Below, piece by piece: positions 8,361 through 18,363 of a DNA stretch of 32,000 bases (its first letter is position 1; each line of letters opens with the position of its first letter). Made by a program: the position numbers and the translations under genes. Below the pieces are notes generated by a model. The model made no database searches. It was given only the letters and a program-made list of their open reading frames with translations, and was not told the DNA's origin. The stretch comes from Candidatus Thorarchaeota archaeon (GTDB taxonomy: Archaea; Asgardarchaeota; Heimdallarchaeia; Hodarchaeales; Hodarchaeaceae). Where the stretch lies: positions 30,001-62,000 of the forward strand of contig JBHLRO010000003.1 in assembly GCA_048882505.1 (NCBI GenBank), given 5' to 3'.

Positions 8361-9665
8361 GTGAAATATGAGTCATCGTTTATTAAAAAGATAAAGGATA
8401 AGATCAAGGATCTTCAAAGCCAAGGTCAAAACAATGAAATTCCTTCTGCGGTCTCAGAGTTTTGGAATATTGTACAATCTTCGGATTACCCAATCATTGA
8501 AAAATTTGAGGATGTAGACATAGCCAGCCATAATACGGAATATAATATCGTCACCTTTTTATATCAAACAAGTAAGGATGTTGATAATGTATTTCTGTTG
8601 GCGGAGTTCAACTTTATTGATCCAAAAGATTATTTATTTGAGCACATTGATGGAACTGACATTTTTTATAAGACGTTCGTGCTTCCAAAAGGTGTACAAG
8701 CGGAGTATAGGATCTTTGAAAATGATCCGCTCGATGGTATCTTTGCTGGGGCTAAATATCAAAACCGTTTGGAGAGGTTTCACGAACACCCAGATAAATT
8801 AAGCAGACATGTTCGACGGATTCCTAATGGGTATATGGGAAAAAAGGACCTTTTTATTGCCAGCTTGCGTTCTTTTCACCCCGAAATCTCCGATTTCGTG
8901 AAGAACAGTGATCACCAGAATGGCAAAATCTCGACCTCTAAGCAGGAAAGTAGAATCCTTGGATATTCTAGAACAATAAGTCTCTATACTCCGGCTCATT
9001 ATGACCCCAAGGCAGTCTACCAGTTCATATTCATACATGATGGAAGTGCTGCTTTGAGTTATGGCGAAACACACCATCTACTTGATTATTTGATTGCTTC
9101 AAGAGTAATTCCTCCCATTGTTGGAATTTTTGCTGATCCTGGAGTAAAAAATGGAAAAACAACGCGAAATGAGGAATATCCATGCAATCCGGACTATGCT
9201 CAATCAATTACTCAGGAAATTCTTCCTTGGGTCCGCAAAAACATCAGTATTAGCAGTGACCCAAACGATGGAATCATCGCGGGCTCTAGTTACGGCGGAT
9301 TAGCATCCTTCTATTACAGTTTCATGTACCCCGAATGCATTGCGAATGTTCTATCTCTATCAGGATCCTTCCACTGGGGAAAGCCAAATGAGGACTACCC
9401 TTATGAGTGGCTGCCCCGAAAAATCGCCTTCTCCGAAAAGAAAGCATTAAAGGCATATATGGAGGTGGGGAAACTCGAGGGGGAGTATCATTGGAATAGC
9501 CCTGGATTTCCCAACCAGATCGTAAGCCATAGACATTTCGTTACCATTTTGAAAATGAAAGGGTATTCCTACAAGTACAATGAATTCAATGGTGATCACA
9601 GTCCCTCTTCCTGGATAAAACCTTTGGAAAGGGGATTACGGTATTTTTTGGCCAAAGAACTTTGA
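8361..9665 (+). CDS. Enterochelin esterase (Fes)-like alpha/beta hydrolase with an N-terminal beta domain
   Basis: ISLYTPAHY, FIHDG, IPPIVGIFADP, nucleophile motif GSSYGG, LSLSGSF, YMEVGKLE and GDH. Confidence 0.85.
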   Translation: MKYESSFIKKIKDKIKDLQSQGQNNEIPSAVSEFWNIVQSSDYPIIEKFEDVDIASHNTEYNIVTFLYQTSKDVDNVFLLAEFNFIDPKDYLFEHIDGTDIFYKTFVLPKGVQAEYRIFENDPLDGIFAGAKYQNRLERFHEHPDKLSRHVRRIPNGYMGKKDLFIASLRSFHPEISDFVKNSDHQNGKISTSKQESRILGYSRTISLYTPAHYDPKAVYQFIFIHDGSAALSYGETHHLLDYLIASRVIPPIVGIFADPGVKNGKTTRNEEYPCNPDYAQSITQEILPWVRKNISISSDPNDGIIAGSSYGGLASFYYSFMYPECIANVLSLSGSFHWGKPNEDYPYEWLPRKIAFSEKKALKAYMEVGKLEGEYHWNSPGFPNQIVSHRHFVTILKMKGYSYKYNEFNGDHSPSSWIKPLERGLRYFLAKEL

Positions 9666-9943
9666 GAATTACCCATTCCCGAAAAATCTCAATCAAATAA
9701 TTGGAATTTGCCTCGATTATGCCGTAACATTGACCTTAAGTGTAGGATTTGTTGAAGAATGGAGGAATGACCTAGTAGGATTGAAAGGATAGCAAATCGT
9801 CTCCAAATCCATTCTTTTGGGAGGATTATAAGACAGGATGAGCCCAACTTCGAGAATCCCTCTTTAGAATCCGAGAAACGATAACCGATATAGTTACCTA
9901 TATATGCAGTTATAGATCGCACGCCGCATCGAGATGAAATCCC

Positions 9944-10297
9944 TTGCTAGATGATCTCCTCCTATCAAAATGGCAAACGGAGTATAAAAAAGGGTTTTCT
10001 AAACCCCTCATTCTATTCACGCTTGCCAAAATCGGGAGTAGTTATGCGTATCTTCTTACGAAGAAGATCTTGGAATTAACAAATGGAGAAATCTCAATTG
10101 CGGGTTCTAATATATATCCTATGCTTTCCAAACTTGAAGAGGACAGGTTGATTGTCAGTCAAAAAGACGAGAATGACAGAAAATACTACAAACTGAGTGA
10201 TGCCGGTAGAGAATTTTTAGAACAGTTGGAACTCTCGATCAAAGAGTTCAATGAGATAATGCTTGGATTAACCAAGAAGAATGAAGGAGATCTCTAA
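9944..10297 (+). CDS. PadR-family transcriptional regulator
   Basis: SYAYLLTKKI..LT.G, GSNIYPMLSKLEEDRLI and RKYYKLSDAGRE. Confidence 0.92.
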   Translation: MLDDLLLSKWQTEYKKGFSKPLILFTLAKIGSSYAYLLTKKILELTNGEISIAGSNIYPMLSKLEEDRLIVSQKDENDRKYYKLSDAGREFLEQLELSIKEFNEIMLGLTKKNEGDL

Positions 10298-10973
10298 GAA
10301 AATGGCCCAACAGAAGGCATTAGATCCTATTGATGGTTATTTACAGGAGGTAAGTGCCTTACTTCCCTACTCCGAGGAAAGAAAAGCTTCAATCCTTGAA
10401 GAACTAAAAAAGGATGTGGAAGATGCAATGAGAACTGAAAAACGTCCTCCTTCTGTCGTTTTTGGATCCCCCACCGAAGTAGCTAAGAATCTGAGTATCG
10501 CAAATGATTGGGGAACTACTTCCGCGAGATGGGGGACACGGCTAGTTGCTTCATTCATCGATTACGCCGCGACTCTAGGAGTCTTCATTCTGTTCGTTAT
10601 CATTCAATGGATTCTATCGGACTTTCAAATCGATGAAATAAGATGGAATTCAATGCACATCCCGTTCGGTTTACTCTTTATAGGTATTCCAATAATAGGT
10701 TTGCTTTTGAGTTATTTTATTATTCTCGAAAAAACATATTCCACAACCCTCGGGAAACGGATATTGGGTCTCATAGTTGTCGATGAATCGGGAATTAAAA
10801 TCACTTGGACTCAATCTCTAATTCGTAACTTCACCAAAGTTCCTTTTCTGACATCTTTTTTGCCAGCAGACATCATATTTGGAATAATATCAGAAAAAAC
10901 CCGTGGTAGGAAGCAGCGAGTTTTAGATTTTGTCGCAGGAACCAAAGTAATGCAACAAAAAGAACAGATATAA
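10281..10973 (+). CDS. HAAS-domain plus RDD-family membrane protein
   Basis: N-terminal IDGYLQEVSALLP...ILEELKKDV...FGSPTEVAKNL (HAAS-like), then ARWGTRLVASFID, TLGKRILGLIVV, SLIRN and QRVLDFVAGTKV (RDD). Alternative start at ATG 10302. Confidence 0.85.
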   Translation: MKEISKKMAQQKALDPIDGYLQEVSALLPYSEERKASILEELKKDVEDAMRTEKRPPSVVFGSPTEVAKNLSIANDWGTTSARWGTRLVASFIDYAATLGVFILFVIIQWILSDFQIDEIRWNSMHIPFGLLFIGIPIIGLLLSYFIILEKTYSTTLGKRILGLIVVDESGIKITWTQSLIRNFTKVPFLTSFLPADIIFGIISEKTRGRKQRVLDFVAGTKVMQQKEQI

Positions 10974-10983
10974 GGGTGTTTTC

Positions 10984-13900
10984 ATGGGATTCCGATCGAG
11001 TTTACTTATAGCTAAAAGAGCATTAACACGAAGAAAAGCGAAGAATATCAGTGCCATCCTTGCCATTACGTTAGGCGTAACGTTGATGGTTGGAATTCAG
11101 ATAACGACAGATACTTTGGAGAACTCTTTTCTAACTGGATTACTTCTTGATGAAGGGGAAGTGGACATTCGAGTTGGAAACGGAACGGGGAATTACCTAC
11201 CTATGGAATTTCAGAATAATATCTCTGAGTTAGTTCCAGACGGAAAGGTAATGCCCGAGTTGACATCGCGAGGTGCTGTAATGGCGGGTTCTCAGTTTGA
11301 AGACTCCGTTCAATTTGCAGGGATTCCCTCCGAATATCCAGAGATCTTTGGGGACTTTTATGATTGGAACACACAAGAAAAAATGAACATTAGCGATTAC
11401 TTAACTGATAATACAAGTGTTTTGCTATCAAGCAACTTGGCTGAGGATTTGGATATAGAAAAAGATAGTCAACTGCCGATAACCTTGGTTACAGAGTTTA
11501 ATAACCAGACAATCATTTTACTGCCAAATGGCACGGGTCCCCCCATTCCAACCCCGATTTTTACTGTCGAACAGGTTAATCTTTCTGTTGTTGGTCTATA
11601 TGACTCTAATAGGCCAGGGATTGGAGCGCAATATACTGGTCTTTTAATGTCCCTAAAAGGCCTTCAAGATTGGCTAAGTCTTCAGGATTTTTCTCGAAAT
11701 TCAAATTTGGTTAGCTCCTATCTAATATCCTTTCAATCTGATCACTTTAATACCCGTATTGACCCTGATTTCCTACAGGACCAGCTGGATTTTTTAAATG
11801 AAACTCTACCTATCGGTCTTGTTAATGGAGAGACTCAACAGTTATACGCGGCATCATCTCCCCGTTTACTCTTTACAGAAATTATCGATCTTGTTTTCAG
11901 CTTCATGTCTACCTTTTTAAATGTTTTAGGTCTACTAATAGTACTCACTGGAGTATTACTGATAACAAATGTTCAATTAATGAGTGTTGAAGACCGAGAG
12001 TTTCAAACTGGCGTATTACGAGCTGTGGGGGAAAAAAGGAGAGGAATTTTCGTTTCTATGCTTTCTGAAACTCTTTTTCAAGGTATTTTCGGCGGAATAA
12101 TTGGATTGGTTGGAGGATTGATTTTTGGTCAAGTAGTGGCCCTTTATATTGCCAGTCTTTTTGAAACAGGACAGTTTAGCGTGCGACCAGTCATAAATCA
12201 AACCATTATCGTTTTCTCGGTCCTCATTGGGGTCGCCCTCGGTATTCTTACTGGCCTTCTCCCAGCCTTACGGGCCTCGCGTGTAAATGTCGTAGAAGCT
12301 CTTCGAGGTATTAAAATCCAATTTGAAGAGAAATCTGGTAGAAACTTGGTATTATTAAGTTTACTGCTGGTAATCGTTGGAGCACTCATTCTTTTAATAA
12401 ATGGAGTTTTCGATGATAGTTTACAGTATATTTGGGAAATTAAAGGTTGGGATTCATTGGACGAATGGAGGAATATTCTCCTTGGATCCGCAATTCTCTT
12501 TTCCGGCCTTGGCATCATTCTATCTAGCTTTATTGACCGAATCAAGGCCTTTAATTTAACAGCACTAGTGATTTGGGCAGCGCCTGTTTTTTTGTTTGTT
12601 GTGGCAATGGGAGAAGGTTGGATTGCTGAATTTTCAGGTGGTCCATTTAATATCGATGTTTTTATCATTGCGATAATAGAGGTGGTAGTTGGATCAGTAT
12701 TAATCGTCGGCCTTAATTTGTCTCCATTGATGAGATTCTTACGTAGAGTGCTTATGCGAATAAGTGGGGTCAAGGGAGTGGCGCAGGTAGCACCTGCTCT
12801 TATCTCATCACATAAGACACGTTCAACTCTAACATTCGCAATCTTTGCGGTAGTTCTCACTCTTAATGTTGTAGTTGCAGCTCTTGTAGCAACCAATCTT
12901 TCTAGCTCCATAGGGCAAGCTGAGACGGACTCTCGTGGTATAGATTTATTCGTCTCACTTAATAAGCCTGAAGTAGTATTAAACGATACTTCATATACAA
13001 AACTACTATTTAATGTTTCCGATAGCATAACTGATGTCATAGGAATGAAAACTTTTAAAACACGAACGGATTTCACGAAATTTGTAGCCTTGAAAAAGCC
13101 TGGGTCAGTTGGGTATAATCCGTCGACCGACCATCTTCCCCTCGAATTTGTAGAATTACGGTCAGATCAAATCAGAGGGAACGCCACTAGCGCTGAAGAG
13201 GAAAACTGGAGATACGATAGCTTCTTAGGGAGTTTTCCTGATGGTGTAGGTGAACTATCTTCCTCCTCTGGAGGTTTCTTCGGTCCTGGCTTCGGTGGTC
13301 AGTCTGACGATGTAGAAGCATTGGAACTCTCAAAAAAAGCATTTGATGCTTTCTTTAATTCTTCTTATACCATGGCTGCATATAATGTATCGTTCTCATT
13401 GTCCTCTCTGAGCGATTTTGACATCGAAGACTTCTCATCTTTTTTTGAATCGGATTTAGAAGATGTAGAAAAATTAGAGGATGAAAATGGATCAATAATT
13501 AAAAATCCGATCATTTTTACCGATTCCCTAATCCTCCCACTAGGAATGCAGATTTTTGTGCCTATGAATATAACGTTTAATCCCTCGACTAATAGAACAG
13601 AAATTGTTTATCAACCGTTCACAATTGGTGGGAAGTTTGACCGAGAACGAACCGTGGGATTTGCTCTTTCAGGTGGTGGCTTTTCTACAAGAGCTATAGG
13701 AGATGGAGACGATCAATCAAACTTTTTAGGGAGAATCTATATTCCTGACCGGTTTTCGAACTATACGAATTTTTTTGGTGAAGCTGGAGGAGCTTCCTAC
13801 TCTTCAAGAAAACCAAATCAATTTGACACCTTTCTTATTAAAACCTCCTATGCGTTTGATGATCCAAGGATAGAGGAACTTGCTATCAAAATCGAGAATT

Positions 13901-14400
13901 TCACAAATACTGAGGATGCCGGATATCGAAAATTGGCTAGTGATGACTTTCTAGTTGCAAGGACTACCTCTTTGTATTCGGAGGTAGAAGCCAGCTTGGA
14001 ATCGACGGTCCAGATGACATCATTCCTAACTATCTATGTTAATTTCGGATTGATTATCGGTGCTGTGGGAATGGCTGTGATTAGTGTTAGAAATGTTTCT
14101 GAAAGAAAACGAGAAATAGGGATGATGCGCGCAATAGGTTTTCCAAGATTTCAGGTTATGTTAGCCGCCCTCTTGGAGCTCTTGGTGTTAGGATTTATTG
14201 GTCTAATCATTGGTGTTGTGAACGGGCTTTTGATTAACGTGGGGTTTGCTAATATGATGGAAGTGCCGGTAGTTATCCCATGGGACACCTTAGCAGCATA
14301 TCTATCTTTAATTACCCTGATAGGTTTACTTGCAGGAGCTATACCCGGATTCATTGCTTCCAGAATACCTGCCGCGGAGGCATTGAGATACGTTGGATAA
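10984..14400 (+). CDS. ABC transporter permease with two MacB-type extracellular domains and two FtsX domains
   Basis: 1138 aa. FtsX motifs VEDREFQTGVLRAVG and VSERKREIGMMRAIG; C-termini PALRASRVNVVEALR and ASRIPAAEALRY. Many N-X-S/T sequons in the large loops. Confidence 0.93.
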   Translation: MGFRSSLLIAKRALTRRKAKNISAILAITLGVTLMVGIQITTDTLENSFLTGLLLDEGEVDIRVGNGTGNYLPMEFQNNISELVPDGKVMPELTSRGAVMAGSQFEDSVQFAGIPSEYPEIFGDFYDWNTQEKMNISDYLTDNTSVLLSSNLAEDLDIEKDSQLPITLVTEFNNQTIILLPNGTGPPIPTPIFTVEQVNLSVVGLYDSNRPGIGAQYTGLLMSLKGLQDWLSLQDFSRNSNLVSSYLISFQSDHFNTRIDPDFLQDQLDFLNETLPIGLVNGETQQLYAASSPRLLFTEIIDLVFSFMSTFLNVLGLLIVLTGVLLITNVQLMSVEDREFQTGVLRAVGEKRRGIFVSMLSETLFQGIFGGIIGLVGGLIFGQVVALYIASLFETGQFSVRPVINQTIIVFSVLIGVALGILTGLLPALRASRVNVVEALRGIKIQFEEKSGRNLVLLSLLLVIVGALILLINGVFDDSLQYIWEIKGWDSLDEWRNILLGSAILFSGLGIILSSFIDRIKAFNLTALVIWAAPVFLFVVAMGEGWIAEFSGGPFNIDVFIIAIIEVVVGSVLIVGLNLSPLMRFLRRVLMRISGVKGVAQVAPALISSHKTRSTLTFAIFAVVLTLNVVVAALVATNLSSSIGQAETDSRGIDLFVSLNKPEVVLNDTSYTKLLFNVSDSITDVIGMKTFKTRTDFTKFVALKKPGSVGYNPSTDHLPLEFVELRSDQIRGNATSAEEENWRYDSFLGSFPDGVGELSSSSGGFFGPGFGGQSDDVEALELSKKAFDAFFNSSYTMAAYNVSFSLSSLSDFDIEDFSSFFESDLEDVEKLEDENGSIIKNPIIFTDSLILPLGMQIFVPMNITFNPSTNRTEIVYQPFTIGGKFDRERTVGFALSGGGFSTRAIGDGDDQSNFLGRIYIPDRFSNYTNFFGEAGGASYSSRKPNQFDTFLIKTSYAFDDPRIEELAIKIENFTNTEDAGYRKLASDDFLVARTTSLYSEVEASLESTVQMTSFLTIYVNFGLIIGAVGMAVISVRNVSERKREIGMMRAIGFPRFQVMLAALLELLVLGFIGLIIGVVNGLLINVGFANMMEVPVVIPWDTLAAYLSLITLIGLLAGAIPGFIASRIPAAEALRYVG

Positions 14401-14413
14401 TGGAGGCAAAACA

Positions 14414-15157
14414 ATGATAGAAACAATTGTGGAAGATCCAGATTTTGTTGAGACAGAACCAATCCTCTATATCACAGATTTGCATAAACGTTATAATGAG
14501 GGAAAATCGAATGAAGTGCATGCTCTCCGTGGATTAGATCTAGAGGTAAAAAAGGGTGATATGATGGCGATAATGGGCCCTTCTGGATGCGGAAAAACGA
14601 CCCTACTTAACATGATCGGGCATTTGGATGTCAGCTCAGGTGGGACCATTGTAATCAGTGGTATTGATACTGGGGAGCTTTCCGATCGTGAGATGACTGC
14701 ATTTCGAAGAGATAACATCGGTTTCATATTTCAGCTCTTCAATTTATTCCCGTTCTTAACTGCGGTAGAGAATGTAGAAACTCCCTTATTATTAAAAGGC
14801 CTTAAATCAGGAGTCGCACGGGAACAGGCCAAAATGCTCCTGAGAGACTTAGGAATGGGGGACAGACTATATCATTATCCCTTAGAGCTTTCAGGTGGAC
14901 AACAACAACGAGTTGCAATCGCGCGTGCTTTGATTAATCAACCTGCAATTATTCTCGGTGACGAACCGACAGGAGATCTAGATAGTACCACAAGTGCAGT
15001 GATAATGGAACTTTTTCGCAGAATAAATATGATGAATAAACAGACATTTGTCCTGGTTACGCACAATCGGTGGATTGCTGAAAAATGTGATTACATTGTC
15101 CATATGACCGATGGGGTGATCTCCAACGTTGAATATGGACCTTTTGAGGAGGCCTAG
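14414..15157 (+). CDS. ABC transporter ATP-binding protein (LolD/MacB type)
   Basis: Walker A GPSGCGKT, Q-loop FIFQ, signature LSGGQQQRV, Walker B IILGDEPTGDLD, H-loop VTH. A GGAGG at 14402-14406 favours ATG 14414 over 14393. Confidence 0.95.
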   Translation: MIETIVEDPDFVETEPILYITDLHKRYNEGKSNEVHALRGLDLEVKKGDMMAIMGPSGCGKTTLLNMIGHLDVSSGGTIVISGIDTGELSDREMTAFRRDNIGFIFQLFNLFPFLTAVENVETPLLLKGLKSGVAREQAKMLLRDLGMGDRLYHYPLELSGGQQQRVAIARALINQPAIILGDEPTGDLDSTTSAVIMELFRRINMMNKQTFVLVTHNRWIAEKCDYIVHMTDGVISNVEYGPFEEA

Positions 15158-15159
15158 CC

Positions 15160-17943
15160 ATGGTAAGAGTATACACTGCAGCCTTGATAGATAAACCTTT
15201 ACGTGCCATTAATAAGAATTTACAGAAAAAGATGACTTCGGATTTGAGGAAATCTCTTAAGGTTCGGCGTGATGCAGTATCTAGTCAGGAGTTGAACACA
15301 TTCCTCCTAGTTTCAGGCAAAAACGGAAAACGCGGATTCACCCCGGAAATGATAGATAGGGTTGAAAAAGGAGCCATTCAGAAAAGACTAAAGCAATATT
15401 ACAATAGAAATGAGTCACGATTTAGGAACTACATGAAAAACAATCAAGAGTTATATGAAACCTCCCAGGTGGTAAAAGAATTCATCCGAGAGATTGATTC
15501 ATCTCTTCCGAAAAAGTTCGACCAACAATTAAAGAAAATTAACACAGAATTACCGGAAATTTTCTGCCAGATTAGTATGAAGAGTTTTATTACTTTATGG
15601 GAGATTGAAGAAAGGCAGGAATATCGTTTTAACTTGTCCGGATTTGATTTTCCCATATTTGCCGGAACAACCAATGGAACCCCATTTAATGTAGGAAGTT
15701 TAGTAGATAAGCTTCTCATTGTAAATTTCTTTGAAACTTTCTTAAAATCAACCCTCCAGCGACTCGATGATATGAATCAGGTACTGGAACGTCTCGAATA
15801 CGAACTTTCCAAGCCACACTATCAAATTAAGAACGAAAAACTACACGCCAAATTCTCTCTCTTTCTACGAATTCTGGTTGCAAAACTAAGCGCCTTACAG
15901 GAGTTAGAAAACTCGATCTTTCGGATCTTTAGTTTGTTTGATGTTCCATATATGATCCTTACTCAATATCGTTTTAAAAGCGATTTTTTGGATTTAAATA
16001 CAGAGATCGCCAGAATCTGCGAGGATATTAGTGTAGGTAAAGATAAACTCAACGAGGTAGGAAGAAAAATTGATAATTGCCAATTATCTCTTCGAGATTA
16101 TCTTGATGAAAGTAGAAATGGAGTTATAAAGACTGATTCGACCCAATTATTCAAAGATTCTCTGAAATCATTAGCAGAATTAAGTATTGATTTGTTTATA
16201 GAATCTGAAATGTTAAAACTTTGGTCGGATTATTTTGGATCAGATATTCCTTATTTTAGTTTTAATGTCCAATTAGATGAGGAAACTGAAAGCGAGGAGG
16301 ATATCCACATCGATGATGATGTTATTTTGGCTGTGAGAGGGCTCTATAAGAACTATAACCTTGGTCGTACCACCGTTTATGCAGTACGGGGAGTTAATCT
16401 CGATATTAAGGCAGGTGAATTTGTTGCAATAGTCGGCAGTTCCGGCGCAGGTAAGACAACACTATTAAACTGTATGGCCAGTTTAGATACTCCGGATCAT
16501 GGTGTCGTTTATTTTCGGGGGAGAAATCTTCACAAACTGAAAGATTCAGAGAAAGCAGACGTCCGACTTCGCGAAATGGGTTTCATTTTTCAGAGCTACG
16601 CCTTACTACCTCATTTCGACACTCGCGAAAATGTAACCCTCCCAGCAAATCTGGCAGGCGGATTAAGTAAAGGTATAAGAACCCGAATTGAGAATCTTTT
16701 GGTGGGTGTTGGAATAAGTGAACAGGCGAAACAATATCCTGCTCAGTTGAGCGGAGGTCAGATGCAACGGGTGGCAATTGCACGAGCTCTTACAAATCAA
16801 CCGGCTGTCATATTTGCTGATGAACCCACAGGTGATCTGGATTCGACCACTGGTGTTCAAGTGATGGAATTGCTAAAGAAATTCCATGAGGAAACAAATA
16901 CGACCATTGTAATCATAACACATGAGGAGAGTATTGCTAATTACGCTGAAAGGCGAATTATGATGGAAGATGGAGTAATTACGCAGCGAAAAAGGCCCGT
17001 TGATCAAGCGGGACAGCCTATCCTGATGGAAAAGCCAATGATGCCGAAAGTTGAAAGGGAACTACCTCCAATATGGGAGGAAAGAGTAAACGAAATCGAA
17101 GGAAGGTTAGAGACCTTCGAGAAGAAAAACATTGAACTATTAGGCAAGGTAGTAAAAGAAGTACAAAGACAGTTGGACGAAATAAGGGGTAACATAGAAG
17201 TTCTTGGGATTGAGACCAACAAAAAATCGCTGGATCTGAGTACAAGATTTGAACAACTAAATACTAATGCTAGCAATTGGTCATTTGCAATCAATGAACA
17301 GATGGAATCATTTCGTGCTCAATATGTTAAAGTGCTGGAAGAGCTCAGGCAATCTTCAATCAGATCGGCCGAAAAGGAAAGAATTCTTTCGCAAAAGTAT
17401 ACAGAACTCGTGGAACAATTAAAAGAAAAAGACCAGATAGCGGTTGAAAAAGGCAATCTAAATCAAGTAAGGTTCAGTGCATTACAAAAGGAGATCGAAA
17501 GGAAGGAATCAGACTTAGGAATTTATAAGGATAGATTGGAGGAGCTGGAATCTGAAATAAAGGTAAAACAGCAGCATATTGATGAATCTACTGAAATTAA
17601 AATGAAAACAGAAAACCTAGTAAATAGCTACAGAAAATTAAAGGAAGCTTATGATAATAAGAGTCGGGAAGTGACTCATTTACAGGCTCAATTAGCATCC
17701 ATGACTGAAGATACGAAGAAGATCGTTAAAAGTACCAGGGCTATAAAGGCATTCCTCGATGAGAGTGATTCAGGTCGAATCCTGTACCAACTTCTTAATT
17801 CTGAGCGTTTAAATCTAGATGAACTTGCGGTTCGGACTGGAATCGCAACATATACCGTTTACCAAATAGTTCAACACCTTCGAGATATTGGTGTAGTTGA
17901 GTTCGATAATTCCACACGCGTAGTTACATTAGTAAGCAAGTAA
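15160..17943 (+). CDS. Multidomain ABC ATPase: N-terminal helical domain, LolD-type ATPase, coiled coil and C-terminal winged helix
   Basis: Continuous 927-aa ORF. ATPase at about 16321-16980 (GSSGAGKTT, LSGGQMQRV, IFADEPTGDLD, ITH); heptad-rich region at about 17070-17750; wHTH GRILYQLL...LDELAVRTGIATYTVYQIVQHLRDIGVVEF. Confidence 0.85.
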   Translation: MVRVYTAALIDKPLRAINKNLQKKMTSDLRKSLKVRRDAVSSQELNTFLLVSGKNGKRGFTPEMIDRVEKGAIQKRLKQYYNRNESRFRNYMKNNQELYETSQVVKEFIREIDSSLPKKFDQQLKKINTELPEIFCQISMKSFITLWEIEERQEYRFNLSGFDFPIFAGTTNGTPFNVGSLVDKLLIVNFFETFLKSTLQRLDDMNQVLERLEYELSKPHYQIKNEKLHAKFSLFLRILVAKLSALQELENSIFRIFSLFDVPYMILTQYRFKSDFLDLNTEIARICEDISVGKDKLNEVGRKIDNCQLSLRDYLDESRNGVIKTDSTQLFKDSLKSLAELSIDLFIESEMLKLWSDYFGSDIPYFSFNVQLDEETESEEDIHIDDDVILAVRGLYKNYNLGRTTVYAVRGVNLDIKAGEFVAIVGSSGAGKTTLLNCMASLDTPDHGVVYFRGRNLHKLKDSEKADVRLREMGFIFQSYALLPHFDTRENVTLPANLAGGLSKGIRTRIENLLVGVGISEQAKQYPAQLSGGQMQRVAIARALTNQPAVIFADEPTGDLDSTTGVQVMELLKKFHEETNTTIVIITHEESIANYAERRIMMEDGVITQRKRPVDQAGQPILMEKPMMPKVERELPPIWEERVNEIEGRLETFEKKNIELLGKVVKEVQRQLDEIRGNIEVLGIETNKKSLDLSTRFEQLNTNASNWSFAINEQMESFRAQYVKVLEELRQSSIRSAEKERILSQKYTELVEQLKEKDQIAVEKGNLNQVRFSALQKEIERKESDLGIYKDRLEELESEIKVKQQHIDESTEIKMKTENLVNSYRKLKEAYDNKSREVTHLQAQLASMTEDTKKIVKSTRAIKAFLDESDSGRILYQLLNSERLNLDELAVRTGIATYTVYQIVQHLRDIGVVEFDNSTRVVTLVSK

Positions 17944-18302
17944 AGGTCAAGGGTAAGACGTTACATATTGTCTGGTTAAATAATGGTTGTTTTCTTATTC
18001 TGAAAGTCAGTACAAGGTCAATCTGCTTCTTGACCAATAGATACATGATATCAAAACGAGAAAAAGCTAGGTCTCTTATCATTCACTGTATTCTGGAAGA
18101 GTAAAAAGGAAGCAGATTAATCGTAAAGCAAGGTAATAATTCCTGGTACAAAATAGTAGAGTGGAAGGGAAGCTACAGTTATTCCTTCAATAATCCGCGA
18201 TGCTTGTCCTGAGAAAATGTCGTTGATATGATGATTAGAACAAAGGAAACGACAACGAAGACCAATGAAGAAGTGGCAAACACACTCCAATCTGGAAATG
18301 CC

Positions 18303-18309
18303 TATATAA
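18303..18309 (+). promoter_or_regulatory. Candidate TATA box (TATATAA)
   Basis: About 55 nt upstream of ATG 18364; positionally conserved as TATTTAA at 23863-23869 in the second copy. Confidence 0.45.
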
Positions 18310-18363
18310 CTAAAGATTTTTTTGATCCTTTTGATTACAGAGCTATTATCAGGAGGTCTCTGA

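Noticed and set aside
8132-8407. 91-aa minus-strand ORF
   Set aside because: It overlaps the start of the esterase gene and has no recognisable family features.
9689-9922. Minus-strand ORF containing KLGSSCLIILPKEW, reminiscent of an AbrB/PhoU N-terminal motif
   Set aside because: The similarity does not extend beyond about 14 residues and the rest is not AbrB-like; it could be a remnant but is unsupported.
12198-13076. 292-aa minus-strand ORF, plus 12016-12201, 14151-14462 and 14491-14727
   Set aside because: Antisense shadows of the well-supported permease and ATPase genes; no recognisable motifs.
17960-18290. Possible minus-strand remnant of a membrane protein (hydrophobic stretches in two frames)
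   Set aside because: Multiple stops and no start or family match; hydrophobic-looking translation is expected from T-rich DNA.
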